Assembly: GCF_011745625.1 (NCBI RefSeq)
Contig: NW_027191481.1
Span: 248,001 to 308,116, forward strand
Source: Cladosporium halotolerans
Lineage: Eukaryota
DNA length: 60,116 nucleotides
Direction: 5' to 3'
Numbering within the stretch: the stretch's first letter is position 1; every line of letters starts with the position of its first letter. The notes beneath the pieces were generated by a model that worked only from the letters and a program-made list of their open reading frames with translations, did no database searches and had not been told where the DNA came from. Of the stretch, positions 10,453 through 23,483 are shown piece by piece. Made by a program: the position numbers and the translations under genes.

Positions 10453-12759
10453 TTCTGCGGCGCGGTGGTAGACGGTGTGCCCGGGGTTAATGTCGATTGA
10501 TGGGGTGGATCTGCGCGAAAGCTATCCTCATGGCTGTTCCAGCCTGGGACCCTGACGTGCTTCAGGCTCAGCCCAGCCCCAGTTGGCGCCAGCGAGAGAC
10601 GTCACCGGCCGGCAGCGACCAGCTGTTGTGAGGAACGAAACGCCGCAACGGGGATGTGACAACTCAGTGGGTCGGGAGTGTGTCTCCGTTGCGCGCGTAT
10701 CTCTTGCGGTATAGCAAAAGCACATGCTTATGGGCCTCGCCAAAGACATTTTCTGTTTGCTGCGATGTCGCAAGCAGACTGCGGTGCCCGCTGTCTTGCT
10801 TGGACTCACACGACTTCCATGCTAGCCACAACACGACACACTCTTTCATTCGCCATCACCACGATTTCCTACATTGAGATTCTAATCGCGATACGATTCG
10901 TCAATATGACTGCTGCACTATAAGATTCTCTACCTTGACTGGCAAGGCTCCTGCAGCCCCTGAAAACAGACACGGGAGCGTAGACGCGTAGCTTGGCCGA
11001 TCGTCCACCTATGCTGGACCGGAAAACAGGCTCTTGACCGCAAAGGCGCTTTGCATCATGGGGCTGTTGACTGTCGACCACGTGACAAACCTGAGAGAGT
11101 ACGTAAATCGATGCCGAGCAGCTTGGAACATCGATGTAGTGTGGTTCCGCACCCATTTGCATTGCGCAACTAATAAATCGCCGTATGATTGCAAAGACAA
11201 CAAACAAATTTGGCATCGACTAGGCGACGAGTAATGTCTTGTGGCATGCGAGACCAAATGATATTACACGACTAAGATGGAGTCGCAAGTGCAGCTGTAG
11301 ACTTCCCACTTGTCTCGTGGTAATCAATCGTGGAGAGAGGTCCGACAGCCCGTCTGGCCAAGCTGGCGCTGCGTAGAAAATGGAATGTCTCGTGCTGTCG
11401 TCTGGGCACGACCGGTTGCTCTGGCCGGACAGGCTTCGCGCACGCCGGCGACCCGAGAGCTCGTCGTCGGTCTTTCACCCCACGAGTCCAGCATCCAACT
11501 CCACGTCCCGATGTCACTGTGGCTCGCTCACTGCAGCCCTGACGTTCCCTGCAGCTCTACGCACCTTGGTCCAGGAGTGCATGTTGGTGAAACGCGATGA
11601 ACCAGCGTTCGTGTGTCTCTGGTCGCTGGTAGCCCGAACTCTCGGGTGAGGGAGCGTTAAGCATGCGGCTTTTCAGCCACCAGGAGCTAACAGACGATGC
11701 CACGGCGGCAGGATGAAGACGTTGGAACGCCTTCGCTCCTTAGCATCGCGATGGCGCCCAGAACATCGGCAATCTATGCAGCGCAGAAAATTGTTGAACA
11801 CATCCTGGCTGCGGACGAGCATCGTGACTTTCGGACATCGAATAGAATTCGCTGCTTATGCAGGAACGCGTCTCCCCGGCCGCTGGTGCGACAGCTAGCA
11901 GCCATTTACCCGCTGTGTGGTGGATCGTTAATCAAACGCACCGACAAATCACGGCCGCGCCTCCTCAGGCTCTTGGACATCGTCTCTTCCACCCGCACAC
12001 ACGGTGACATGAGTGACATGTCCGTTCCGCAGCGCTGCCAGCGAACCGTCGGCCTCGACCTTCAGCTGCGCACAGCGACCGTTCGACTGCCGTGTTCGAG
12101 GGCGCCTCCTGCGCCAACCAGCCCAGCCTGTCCTGGGGCCCTCGCCCAATGCCTCCTTATCGTAGCCCTCTTCTCGCCGGACTCGGCGCTTTTTGCTTGT
12201 ACTCTCTAGTCCGGTGATCCCGTGGCCCGTCGGCGGCCGTCATGCTGTCCTGGGTGTGCGCACCTCCCCAGCCGTGCAGGTGTCTGTGCCCGTAGGGCAG
12301 AAGTGCTTGCGCGTCCACACTCCGGGCGCTAGGCACTTCGCCCGCCGAGACACCCACATGGCCAGCGCAACCGCTCACGATCAGCATGGCCAGACTCGCG
12401 GTGGGCCAGGTACCCGTCGACGTAGGTGGAGCGGATCGCATGTGAGAGCCGGCAGGATACGAACTGTGTGCGGACGTCCGCACACGCGGCTCACACGACA
12501 AAACCGTCTCGTCCCCCGTCTCCCTCCACCCTCTTTCCTCCCCCAAGTCTATCACCTCGTGACAGTTGCTGCCATTCTCTCAGCAGAGCATTCGCTCGTT
12601 GCACTCCCTTAGTCCTTCAGAGGACTTCGTCATTCTTTCACAAGCAATTGCCCTGGTTGGCTCAGCATCCTCAGCGCTCTAGCAGCAGCTTTCTTGAACT
12701 CCGTGCGATCCGAATCAACAAACCAACAAACCGGTCTTCACCGAATCACAACATCTACA

Positions 12760-14145
12760 ATGGCTCCTGTCAACACTCTCAGCGTCCTGGCTTTCGCCAC
12801 CGCCGCTCTTGCTGTCCCCTACAACCACGGTCACGGTCACGCCAAGTACCACAACAACCGCCCGTCGGGTTTCTCTGCCTACCCCTACCCTAACGCCAAT
12901 GGCACCATCCACGCCACTGGCACTGGCTTCGCTACTGGTGCCGCTATCGCCCCGGCCAGTGAGACCGACGTCGTCGCCGAGTACGAGACCGTCTCCGATG
13001 TCGAGACCACCACTGCCGTCGTCCCTACCACCTACGCCGACGCCTCCAGCTCCCCTTGCACCACCGACGTGACCGTCACCAGCACCGCCAAGGTCACTGT
13101 CACCGTAACCCCTGGCGCTTCGTCCCAGGCTGCGTCCTCCCCGGCCTCTTCTGAGGCCGCTGCAGTCCAGTCCTCCAGCGAGTCTTCCGCTCCGGCTTAC
13201 TCTCAGGCCCCTACTTCCTACAGCACCAAGGCCGAGGCCCAGACTCAGTCCGCCCCCGCTGCCTACTCCTCCCCTGCCCCCACCAGCAGCGCGGTCAGCT
13301 CCGCTGAGAGCAGCGCCGCTCCCTCCCCGACCCTGACCTACGCCGCTGCCAACAAGAACGTGGACCTTGGCATCAGCTACGGTGGTTCCCCTAGCTCCTC
13401 CAGCGCCGCCCCGTCCTCCTCTGCCAGCTCTTCCAGCAGCGACAACTCCAGCAAGGGCAAGCGTGGTGTCGCCTACAACGACGCCAGCCTGACCGAGTGC
13501 CTTGTCAGCAGCCCGGCCATCGGCTGGGGCTACAACTGGGGCTCTTCTAGCTCTGGTCTCAGCGACTCCGTCAAGTTCGTTCCCATGCTCTGGGGCCCGA
13601 CTTCCGAGTTCACCGACAGCTGGTCCGACAACGCCAAGTCTGCCATCGACTCCGGCTCCACCCACCTCTTCTCTTTCAACGAGCCCGACCTTGGCTCGCA
13701 GGCCAACCTGACCCCTCAGGAGGCTGCTGATGCCTGGAGGACCTACATGGAGCCCTTCGCCGGCAAGGCCAAGCTCTGCTCTCCGTCCGTCACCAACGGT
13801 GGTGGTGACATGGGTCTCAACTGGCTCTCCTCCTTCCTCGAGTCTTGCTCTGACTGCACCATTGACTGCCTCAACGTCCACTGGTACGACAGCGCCGAGA
13901 ACGTCGAGTACTTCAAGAAGCACGTCAACGACGCCCTCGACCTCGCCGACGGCAAGAAGGACGTCTTCGTTTCTGAGTTCGCCGCCACCGGCTCCGATGA
14001 CCAGATCTCCACTTTCCTCGAGACCGTCATGCCCTGGATGGACGACATGTCCAACGTCGGTGGTTACGCCTACTTCATGGCCGGCGAGGGCAAGCTCGTC
14101 TCCGGCAGCGAGCAGAGCGCTATCGGCAAGACCTACGCGTCTTAG
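12760..14145 (+). CDS. Secreted Ser/Ala-rich protein with C-terminal Asl1/GH128-like glycoside hydrolase domain
   Basis: Signal peptide MAPVNTLSVLAFATAALA, Ser/Thr/Ala linker, then KRGVAYN, WGYNW, FVPMLWG, FNEPD, NVHWY, VSEF, GYAYF. Confidence 0.9.
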   Translation: MAPVNTLSVLAFATAALAVPYNHGHGHAKYHNNRPSGFSAYPYPNANGTIHATGTGFATGAAIAPASETDVVAEYETVSDVETTTAVVPTTYADASSSPCTTDVTVTSTAKVTVTVTPGASSQAASSPASSEAAAVQSSSESSAPAYSQAPTSYSTKAEAQTQSAPAAYSSPAPTSSAVSSAESSAAPSPTLTYAAANKNVDLGISYGGSPSSSSAAPSSSASSSSSDNSSKGKRGVAYNDASLTECLVSSPAIGWGYNWGSSSSGLSDSVKFVPMLWGPTSEFTDSWSDNAKSAIDSGSTHLFSFNEPDLGSQANLTPQEAADAWRTYMEPFAGKAKLCSPSVTNGGGDMGLNWLSSFLESCSDCTIDCLNVHWYDSAENVEYFKKHVNDALDLADGKKDVFVSEFAATGSDDQISTFLETVMPWMDDMSNVGGYAYFMAGEGKLVSGSEQSAIGKTYAS

Positions 14146-15327
14146 ATCAGCCTTCTTGGACCGCGCTTCCAAGCGGGTGGAGAGGCGATCAACCCTCAAA
14201 ACACATTTCAATTTATTTCTTTTGAAGGGACCAACAGACCCCATGACGGATATCACGATCTCGGGCTTTTGGAAAAACATACACAAGGCGCTAGGACAGC
14301 AGAGCTCCGCAGGACTTCCTGTACATCTTTCGCATTCATAGAGTGTTTTCGCAACTCCTTTTTCTTTTCCCTTTCACTTCTTCTTGCGCCGCATTCGGTG
14401 CGCATCCCGTTCGTTTCTTCGAGAAACTCAACAAGATTGTCGCATTCGACAAGTCAAACGCGCAGGATCTCATAGAAATACATTCAATCCAAGCGAAGGC
14501 TATGATCACCAACACAATTCCTCTCTCACGCATCGTCCTGACCTTCGCGGCTACCCCTGATCTGCAGTATGATTTTCAACCATCGCCAGCGGATCGCGCG
14601 AGTCATTGAGAAAATTGTAAGGCTGCTTGAACGGCACAGCGGCTACAAGGCTTCGACCCGACGAAGCTTTCTCGGATCGGAGCCCGCGCGAAGCTTGGGA
14701 GATGGAGCTTGCTCCGAGAGAGCTCTTGTCGCGAACACCTCGGTATGCGATCTTCGACATCATGGCAAAATTTTTGTGACAAGATGATCGAAATCTCGGC
14801 AGGACAAGGCGCTTCTCTGTACAATGTCTGGTCTTTTCAATTAGTCTTGCTTTGTCCACCGACCCCAAACTTGACCGTTCAAGTTCTCGGGCACCAGGAA
14901 CTTCTCTGGCTGATCGTCACCTGTGACGGGTTTTCGTCATCATTATGTCTTTCTCAGAACCGACTCTCAGGGACTTTCACCAATATCGTGTCATCACTGG
15001 TCCACACCCCGACCTCCATGGAGATGGATGGGGAAACGGCGATGCCTGCCGGACCTCCCACCATCAACGGTTTGTGGTCGTGTGAGGTGCACAATCTCTG
15101 ATCTCCTTGCTTGTTGATGTCACCGTGCCGTGGAGCGTTTGCCTTCAGGCGCGCCTGGAGACGTGAATATAAGAACTTGGTAGGGCTGCTGTTTTTGCTA
15201 TGCTTTCTGATCCCTGTCTTTGTTGTTATTACTCTCACATACCTTGCTTTGGCCTGATCCCATCGCCACCCATTGCGGCAGCAGAGAACACTTTGAAGAA
15301 CATCTCAGCTCTGCGACAACCACAACA

Positions 15328-16262
15328 ATGTCTGTCGAAAGCCATCCCGGCCACGAGGACAAGCGCAACACTGTCCTCGACAAGGTCCCCGACGTTCAGA
15401 TCTTTCTTCGACCAATCGCGCCGCCGGCTGCGCTGGGCCTCGCCGGCTTCGCGGGCTCAACATGGATCACTGCTAGCTATATCGCGGATTGGTGGGGGAA
15501 TGAAGAGAGCCCGACCATCTTTTTCCCGTTCGTTGCAATCTTTGGAGGTGAGTGGTCATTGAGTAACGGCTGGTCGCCGTTGCACTGAACTTGATGGAGG
15601 GCAAGCTGACATGCTCGAAAAGGCCTGGCGCAATTCATCGCTGGCATAAAAGGCTTCGAGGCCAGAGATACATTGGTAACGGTCATTAATACTCTGTGGG
15701 GAAGCTTCTGGATCGCCATTGGCATCCTATATGCCTTCGTGGTAAGTCAAGTCTTCGCTCGCCTCATTGCCATCACTCTCCTCTAATTCACTTTCCCCAT
15801 CAGGCCGCCGGCGCCCTCCCACCGCATTCGACACACACGCACTTCCCCGAGCTCGCCTCCTGGTTCGTGGTCCTAACCGTCTTCACCTGGTCCTGCGCAG
15901 TTGCCGCATCCGCCCGCGACGTCGTGCTCACAGCCTGCCTTACATCTCTCGCCATCGGCAGCACGATTGCCTGCTGCCTCTTCTCCTACAATGGCGGGAC
16001 GTCCGAGACGTCCGGCTCTGGCGACGGATTGACCGGTAGCGTGACCATGGGCATCAAGGCCGCGAGCTACTTCTGGATGTTCGCGGCGCTCTGCGCCTGG
16101 TGGCGCGTGACGGTCTATCTCATCGAGGAGGCGTATGGCCCTGGCTCGGCTATCACGAAGTTCTTCCCCATCGGCAGGACGCCGCAGGAGAAGCTGGCGC
16201 CGTATGTCATTCCGGGTCTGGGAGAGCCGGGTGTCAAGCGTGGTGTGCCGAAGCCTATGTAA
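15328..16262 (+). CDS. GPR1/FUN34/YaaH (Ady2/SatP) family acetate transporter-like protein; exons 15328-15547, 15623-15741, 15804-16262
   Basis: PIAPPAALGLAGF, FGGLAQFIAG...WGSFW motifs and about six hydrophobic segments; canonical introns. Confidence 0.85.
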
Positions 16263-16756
16263 GAGTTGGCGGACGGAGGAGTGGCGTGCTTGCGTTATTC
16301 AGATTTTGGAGTGAGCAAATGATGCTTCATGATAGTGTAAATATAATGAATGAAGGGTTGAGAACAACAGAATGTAATGGCAGCTCTATTGAGTAACAGC
16401 CTACTTTTTGCACCTCACAAGAAGTAGTATTGGAAGAGAGTATTCGTATTGCCATGGGTTCGTTTGGACTCTGGCTCGCATGACGTACTTCCATGTCACC
16501 GATGGTTTGGAACCATTGCGTGTGTGATCATTTTAAGCGTATCTATAACCTTACAATCTTCTCATCGTCGTACAACAACAATGAAAGGTATTCTCATGGT
16601 CACATTGAGCTCTCATGAACGTCAAAGGTCGAACCCAGGCTCCCGCCGCGATGTCTGTGCTCCACCAGCGCGTCATCCATCGCGTCTCCCGCAACGCGCT
16701 TCACCTCCCACCATGATCACAAATCGTTGAGAAGACATCTCAGTGTCCAGGTTCAG

Positions 16757-18465
16757 ATGGCGAAGCGCAAGGCCGTTGAAACCACCAGTGCAGACGATTT
16801 GTCACCGCCGCCAGAAGATCTCCAGGATGGAGCAGCAGCACTAGCCAACGATAACGCTGACCTCGAGTCCGAACAACAACCCGCGAAAAAGCGTAGAACT
16901 GCGACCAGAGCTATAAAGAGAGAGATAGCATCAGGCGACGTGCCATTGGCCCCCCGTAGAGCTGCGAGGTCCCGCAAGGTCAAGGTCGAGGCGGAGGAAG
17001 ACGAAGCGACTTCGCTCGGTGAAGAGGCGGCGAGCGCAACGAAGAAAAAGCGACAGAGGAACACGATTAAAGTAGAAGAGGTGAAAGAGGAGGTGAACGG
17101 TGCGAGCCCCAAGCCTGCCTTGAAAGGGCGTGGTCGGAAAAAGCAGGAGATCAAAAACGAGGTTGAGAAGGTCGAACAGAACGGAGAGACCACTGTCAAG
17201 AGGAAACGCAAGACCAAAGAAGAGAAAGAAGCAGAAGCGATGCCGCTCGCTGCTCGTACTGTCGGACACAAGCTGTTCATTGGTGCTCACGTTTCCAGTG
17301 CAGGAGGTCAGTGTTCCCCAGGACATCCCTACACAATATATACATTCTCTAAAATCAAGGTGGAATCGTCGCTGAATATTATCTCCCAGGCGTACAGAAT
17401 GCTCCTCTGAACAGTGTTCACATCGGTGCTAATGCCTTTGCCCTCTTCCTGAAGAGTCAGCGTAAATGGCAAAACCCTCCTCTTCAGACCGAGCACTCAG
17501 ATGGCTTCCACGCAAACTGCAAACATCACACATACGACCAGAACCAGCATGTAGTACCCCACGGCTCATACCTGGTCAACCTTGCACACACGGACAAAGC
17601 ACGCACAACGCAAGCCTACGATGCCTTCATAGATGATCTCAAACGCTGTGAGAAGCTGGGCATCAAGCTCTACAACTTCCACCCTGGCGTAGCCAACTCT
17701 ACCAACGGCGACAAAGCCGCCGCCATCGCCCATCTCGCCAAAAATCTCAACCGTGCGCACAAGGAGACTTCTACCGTAATCACGCTACTCGAAAACATGG
17801 CCGCAGGCGGCAACGTCCTGGGCAGCACCTTCGAAGACCTGCGCGACACCATCGCGCTGATTGACGACAAATCCCGCATCGGCGTCTGCCTCGACACCTG
17901 CCACGCCTTCGCCGGCGGCTACGACCTCCGCACACCCGAGACCTTTGAAGCGACCATGGAAGACTTCGAGCGCGTCGTCGGCGTCAAGTATCTCCGCGCG
18001 CTGCACGTCAACGATTCAAAGGCGCCTTTCGCTTCGCATCGCGACTTACACGCCAACATTGGAACTGGCTTCCTTGGCCTGCGCGCGTTCCACAATGTCG
18101 TCAACGAGCCGCGCTTTGCGGGTCTGCCTCTTGTGCTCGAGACGCCGATTGAGGTGAGGGACGCGGAAGGCCAGCTGGTGAAGGATGAGAAGGGGAAGGA
18201 GAAGGAGGACAAGGGAATCTGGGCCCGAGAGATTAAGATGCTGGAGAGTTTAGTGGGAATGGACGTGGAGAGTGAGCAGTTTCTCAAGCTGGAGGCGGAG
18301 CTGGCGAAGAAGGGGAAGCCGGAGAGGGATCGGCTTCAGGAGCAGATCGATAAGAAGAAGGAGAAAGAGGCTGCCAAAGGAGCTAAGAAAGGGAAAGGGA
18401 AAGCGAAGAAGAAAAAAGACGAGAGCGAGAGCGAGCTGAGTGATGTGAAGAGCGAAAGCGACTAG
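16757..18465 (+). CDS. APN1: AP endonuclease 1 (endonuclease IV family); exons 16757-17306, 17390-18465
   Basis: IGAHVSSAGG, NAFALFLKSQRKW, PHGSYLVNL, YNFHPG, LENMA, VCLDTCH, HVNDSK..HRDLHANIG, VLETP; basic N- and C-terminal tails. Confidence 0.95.
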
Positions 18466-18646
18466 TTCATGGTTGGACCATGACTTCACTGTATCATACA
18501 CGTAATGTACAAACAATCATGCTCGACTCGACGGAGTCGGAGTGCTAGGAATCAGATCAGATTCCAAACAAGAAAAATTCTCAATTTGTTCTCGTGAAGT
18601 GAATTTATATTTTCTGGACTTTTCAGAAGCGACGTCTATCTCATCT

Positions 18647-20672
18647 CTACTGGACGTTCTCTACCTTCCACACCTTCACCGCAGCATCAGCACCACAGCT
18701 GACAACCTTGTCGCCCTCAACCCACACTACAGCACCAACGCCTTCCTTGTGCGCATTCAGAGCCTTCACACGCTTGCCCGGATCCGCCAAGCTCCAAACG
18801 CAGACGTTGGTGTCCAAGCTACCGGAAACGGCTCTCTTGCCGTCCTGCGACCATGAGATTGAAGTCACACGAGCTGTGTGCGCAGACCATCGGTTGGTCT
18901 CGAGCTTCCACTGACCGCCTATGCCTGCGTATGCGAAGACTTTGCCGTTGGAGAGGCCGGCGGCCAGGTGGGCGCTGTCCGCGGAGAAGGAGAGGGCGGA
19001 AATTGGGGACGTAGGCTCTGAGAGCGAAGTGACTTCGCCCAGAGAGCCTGAGGAGGAGATCTTGTAGATTCGTACAATCTTGTCGTCCGCACCGCTTGCG
19101 ACCAAATCTCCTGCTGCGGCAATGCAATTTGGCGCTGCTGTTGACTGGAGTTTGCTGACTTCCTGGCCCTCCGAGTAGACGTTGAGGCCAGCGGTAGAAG
19201 CGACGATCGTGAAATCCTTCCCGCTCACATTCGCAACGGCGACTCCCTTTGGCTGACCAGCGGTCTTCACAGCGCCACCGACGAAGCTCTTCTGAGCAGT
19301 GTCGGCAGTCCTCAGGCTGTCATCCCAGCCCACAGAGTAAATCCTACCGCTACCGGCGGCAACGCCAGAGATGTAGTTAGTGTGCATCTCGCCATCGACA
19401 AGGTCAGCGGCGCCGGTCTTCAGATCCCAGCTTCGAGCTCTGCCATCTGTCGAACCAGTCGAAAGCATGCCGCTACCGGAAGCTGAGGCGGCAGACGTGA
19501 TCGCCTTTTGATGTCCACGCACGACCTTGATCGGACCCTCAGCCTTGTCCGCGTTGAAGTAGTTCAAGTTGCCTTCGAGGTCAATCGAGATGATGAGGCC
19601 ATCGCTCCTCCCAGCCGGCCAGGTCACGCCAACCTGCTGGTCCGGCACAGACACTCCGTCGCCACCCATGCGCCAGCTCTGCACACAATTGCCACTCTCG
19701 ACGTCCCATACCCTGACCGTCTGGTCTCCAGAGCAGGTGACAAGCCTCTTGCTATCCGGCGCCCAAGACACGCCGAAAATAGAGCCCTTGTGCTCGCCCT
19801 CTCCAATCTGCTTCGTAGCCTCTCCCGTCTTGCCATCGTACAGCCAAATCCGCCTATCGCTGCCCACACTGACCAGCGCGCTGCCGTCGGGGCTGAACTG
19901 CGTTCCGTAGATGAATTTGTCGTGCTTCCCTCTCACGCTCGTGTTGAACTTGAAAGGCGCGCCGTGCAGGAACACCAAGCTGGTGTCGTCCGAGCCAGTT
20001 GCCGCTCTCAGGGGCCTCTGCTGCCTCACGCTCACGCAGTTGATCTGGCTTGCATGTCCGCTGATCTCGCCGACCGAGTTGCCCGAGTCGGCCGTGATGC
20101 AGTGTCCAAAACGCTCTTTACCGTCGCCAACAGCAATAATCCGCTGGCTGTCACCATCCCACGCAATGTCGTTGATCCGGCCCGCGATAATGTGGTACTC
20201 GCCCTTGGTGTTCTCGGCGCCGATGCTGTCCCAGACACGCACGGAGCCCGTCACGTCGCCCGACGCGATATAGAAGCCGCTGGGCGCGAAGCGCGCGACA
20301 GTCGTCTGGGCGGTGTGCGCGGTGTACTGCTTGGAGACGGCGGGGTTGTCGATCGATCGGACGAAAATCGACTTGTTGGTTGCGTAGGTTATGCGCTCGC
20401 CCTTGCTGTCGGAGGACAAGGGAGTTGGCGTGCCGCGGAGGGTCGAAGGGGAGGGGGCCCAAATGGCCTCTGGGTGAAGGTGTCAGTACAAAACCAGCTC
20501 ATCAGATAGATATTCCTGCGGCGAACAGCTCTCCCAAAACACCCTAGAGCAGTTGTGCAACATGGAGGGCACGCAGGGAAGTGCAACTCGCAGATTTGCG
20601 AGTTGCTGGTCATGACGACGGAGGCCTCGTAATAGGTACTATAGCATTACACATACCTGAAGTGATAGACAT
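18647..20672 (-). CDS. AIP1: Actin-interacting protein 1 (WDR1, WD40 repeats); exon 1 20672-20657, intron 20656-20470, exon 2 20469-18647
   Basis: Spliced start MSITS-EAIWAPSPSTLRG; YIASGD, DIAWDGDSQRIIAVGDGKERFG, HGAPFKF, WSAHTARVTSISW..SGSLDT. Confidence 0.93.
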
Positions 20673-21039
20673 GATTGAGGTGAGAAAAGGTGCTTAGCTG
20701 TTTACCTGCGGTGTTGACAGCTCTTTTTGAGGCGGAGTTGAAACATGAAGCCTGTAGGCCGCTGACGCAATGAGGGGGCTAGGTTGCCAGGGATCAAGCG
20801 TGGGACCGAAGGCCACAGGCATCCATTATGAACATGAAACGAGATCCAACACCCTGTTTGGCAAGTACTTGTTTGACGAATGCAATGAAACTGTAAAGAA
20901 GTCGCAATTCGACTGCAACCAGTAAATCTATGAAAAATGGGGCAGTCCAGACACAAGCGTACATGGCTACAAAGGAGATCGTCATGGCATTGGGTATCTA
21001 ATGCATCGCTAACCAGCACAAAGGCTGCAACGTTTCCAT

Positions 21040-22200
21040 CTAGGTGAAGTGGATGCCTTCTTGGTTGAAGGCATACAGCAGCTTCAAGAAATCACCCTCG
21101 TCGCAGAGTCTTGCTCTTTTGTCGGCCAACTGCGTGTCATCTTCCAAGACCTTCTTCACCTTTGCCCTCACGAGTTCGTAGACCTTGCCCTTCTTTTTCC
21201 TGTTGGGGTTTCCTGCCAGCTTCTTTGCCCTCTTGTCTGCCTCCTCTTTGAAGAATGCGGGAACATCCTCGTCGTCGTCAACGTCCATAATCCCAGCATC
21301 GTCATCTGCACCAGCATCAACATCCTCCTCCATCGCCACGTCTGCGTTGTCCGAAGGCCCGTCGTCGAGAGGAATCTCATTCTGCGCGCAGAAAGTTCGG
21401 TAGTTCGATTCAATCATGTCCATCACACTCGAGGTACCCAAAAAGCCACTGCGCAGGACTCTGTTCTTCCTGACGAAGCAGATGCGCAGAAGACCATCCC
21501 ACTCGTCATAGCTAACCTGTGGCCTGGGATTCTTCGGTCGAATCCTGACGACGTTGCTCTCGACCTGCGGAGGCGGGTTGAAATTGTTCTTTCCGACTTT
21601 CATCACATGATCCACCTTTGACCACATCTGCGCATTGACACTCAACCTCGAGTAAAGCTTCTCTCCGGGCTTCGCGAACAATCTCATGGCGAATTCTCTC
21701 TGGAACATGAGCACGCAGCTTCTCGGCGCCGGACTCGTGGCCAGCAACTTGAAAGTCAAAGGCGAACTAATTTGGTAGGGAGTGTTGGAGATGCACACGT
21801 CAAAGTAGGGGTATTCTGGCATCTTAATCGCGTCGCCCAGAATAAGCTCCAACTTCTTTCCCAGCGGTGTTCCCTGGAATCGCTTCGTGACTTCTGCCGC
21901 CATGCGCGGATCGTGCTCGATTGCGATCACCTTCTTCGCCTTCTCCAGAATCCTTGCCGTCAGGTTACCGGTACCAGGACCAATCTCAAGCACCACATCG
22001 CTCTGTTTCAGCTCCGCCTTGTCCACGATCGCTTGCGCAACACCGGGGTTCTTGAGAATGTGCTGGCCGAGGTCTGTGTTCATCTTGAAGATGTTGTGGG
22101 CAGCGGCTGCTCTCGAACCTTTGCGTGCTTGTGCTCCGGCATAGGGATCTGTTTTCGAGACGCCGCTCGTGGCGTCCTTGGGACGCATGACTTTCGGCAT
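21040..22200 (-). CDS. DIM1: 18S rRNA dimethyladenosine transferase; conserved start MPK at 22200, in-frame upstream ATG at 22326
   Basis: [65 protein letters not shown]. Confidence 0.96.
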   Translation of the reverse strand: MPKVMRPKDATSGVSKTDPYAGAQARKGSRAAAAHNIFKMNTDLGQHILKNPGVAQAIVDKAELKQSDVVLEIGPGTGNLTARILEKAKKVIAIEHDPRMAAEVTKRFQGTPLGKKLELILGDAIKMPEYPYFDVCISNTPYQISSPLTFKLLATSPAPRSCVLMFQREFAMRLFAKPGEKLYSRLSVNAQMWSKVDHVMKVGKNNFNPPPQVESNVVRIRPKNPRPQVSYDEWDGLLRICFVRKNRVLRSGFLGTSSVMDMIESNYRTFCAQNEIPLDDGPSDNADVAMEEDVDAGADDDAGIMDVDDDEDVPAFFKEEADKRAKKLAGNPNRKKKGKVYELVRAKVKKVLEDDTQLADKRARLCDEGDFLKLLYAFNQEGIHFT

Positions 22201-23483
22201 TTTGAAGATGGCCGGCGGCAGAGAGGCTCCTTTCGACGCGGTTCGGTTGCGGTCCTTCTTGGTCGAGGCTTGACGGATGGGAGGTAGTCGAGCGAAAGGG
22301 ACGAAAGGTCTGAGCCGAGAGAGCATGCAGGGATTGAGAGGATCGGTGGTGGACTGGATCCAATCCCATCTACTTCGCGACCCTGGGCAGAAAATCGAAA
22401 GTTACTTCTTAAGGTTTTGGCGGAGAGGCGCGAGGAAGGTGTGCCGTTATCGGCTCGTTATCTCCGAGATGCAGCGCTCGGGCCATATCAGGCATATCAA
22501 CGCAGCTGGCTACAGGCTCGCGATCTTCTGTCGTGGATGATGCCAATGTGACTGTTCTATAAAAGAATCTCTCACACCTGTGTAAAAGATTCATAGGAAG
22601 CGCAGAGGATTTCTACCTTGTTGAACTTCACAGATGCAGATCGTACGCGCCCATATATAATGTTCTTGACTGAGGCAGCATTGTTACGATCAGTAATGAG
22701 AGGGTTCTGTTACGCACAGGTTTACCGTGCCATAATGACACTCTCATAGTTTGGACATAATAAATTGTATTTCATTCTCCAGAAAAGATAAGATCAATTG
22801 AAGTGGCCTTAGTCATCTGCGACGATCGTAAGAACCTGCCACTCACAATGTATACCATGGTGAGACACCAAAAGATGCTTGCAGTGCTTATTTATTCGCT
22901 TTGAATTGCAGATGAATGCTAACACATGAAGAGAACATTCTTCGTACGGGTTCTACTGTAATGCGTGTACAAGATCACGATAGTAATAAATCGTGCATTT
23001 CGTCGTGGTTAGCCCGTCACGGCAGCCGGGGAATTTGACTTTGGACTTTGAGGCTGGCGGGCAGAGCATCACATGAAGCCGACCTCATTTGGCCCTCACC
23101 ACACCATCACCACCACCTCGCAGCAGCTGTTTGCTACCTCGCACACCCTACGCACACCTTATCGCACCAAATACGACAAACGGGCTTCACTTCGACCATC
23201 TCAAACTCACCGTCACCCTCGCTGCCCGCGCGACACCATTTGCGCGTCGCATAAAGGATCGCGACCGCATCACCTGCACCAAAGGCACACGACACCCAGA
23301 CCTCACTTTCTCGAGGCACGCCTATCTACAAGCTTTCAATAACACACCTGAGTGCTCTGTGTGTAGTTGTGGGGAAAGCACAGAGCCTGCATTACTGGCG
23401 CGCTTTTCCCCTCGTCCTCATCCGTACAACGCGTGAGCGAAAAGAACAAGCACTCTGCGGCTTCTCCTATCACTACAACAACC

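Noticed and set aside
12715..14286. 523-aa antisense ORF over the Asl1-like gene
   Set aside because: Shadow ORF caused by strong C-ending codon bias on the sense gene; no motifs.
16620..16650. tRNA-like GGTTCGA on the minus strand
   Set aside because: No T-stem pairing or cloverleaf around it.
20490..20510. Hammerhead ribozyme core CTGATGA in the AIP1 intron
   Set aside because: No downstream stem II with GAAA and no matching stems.
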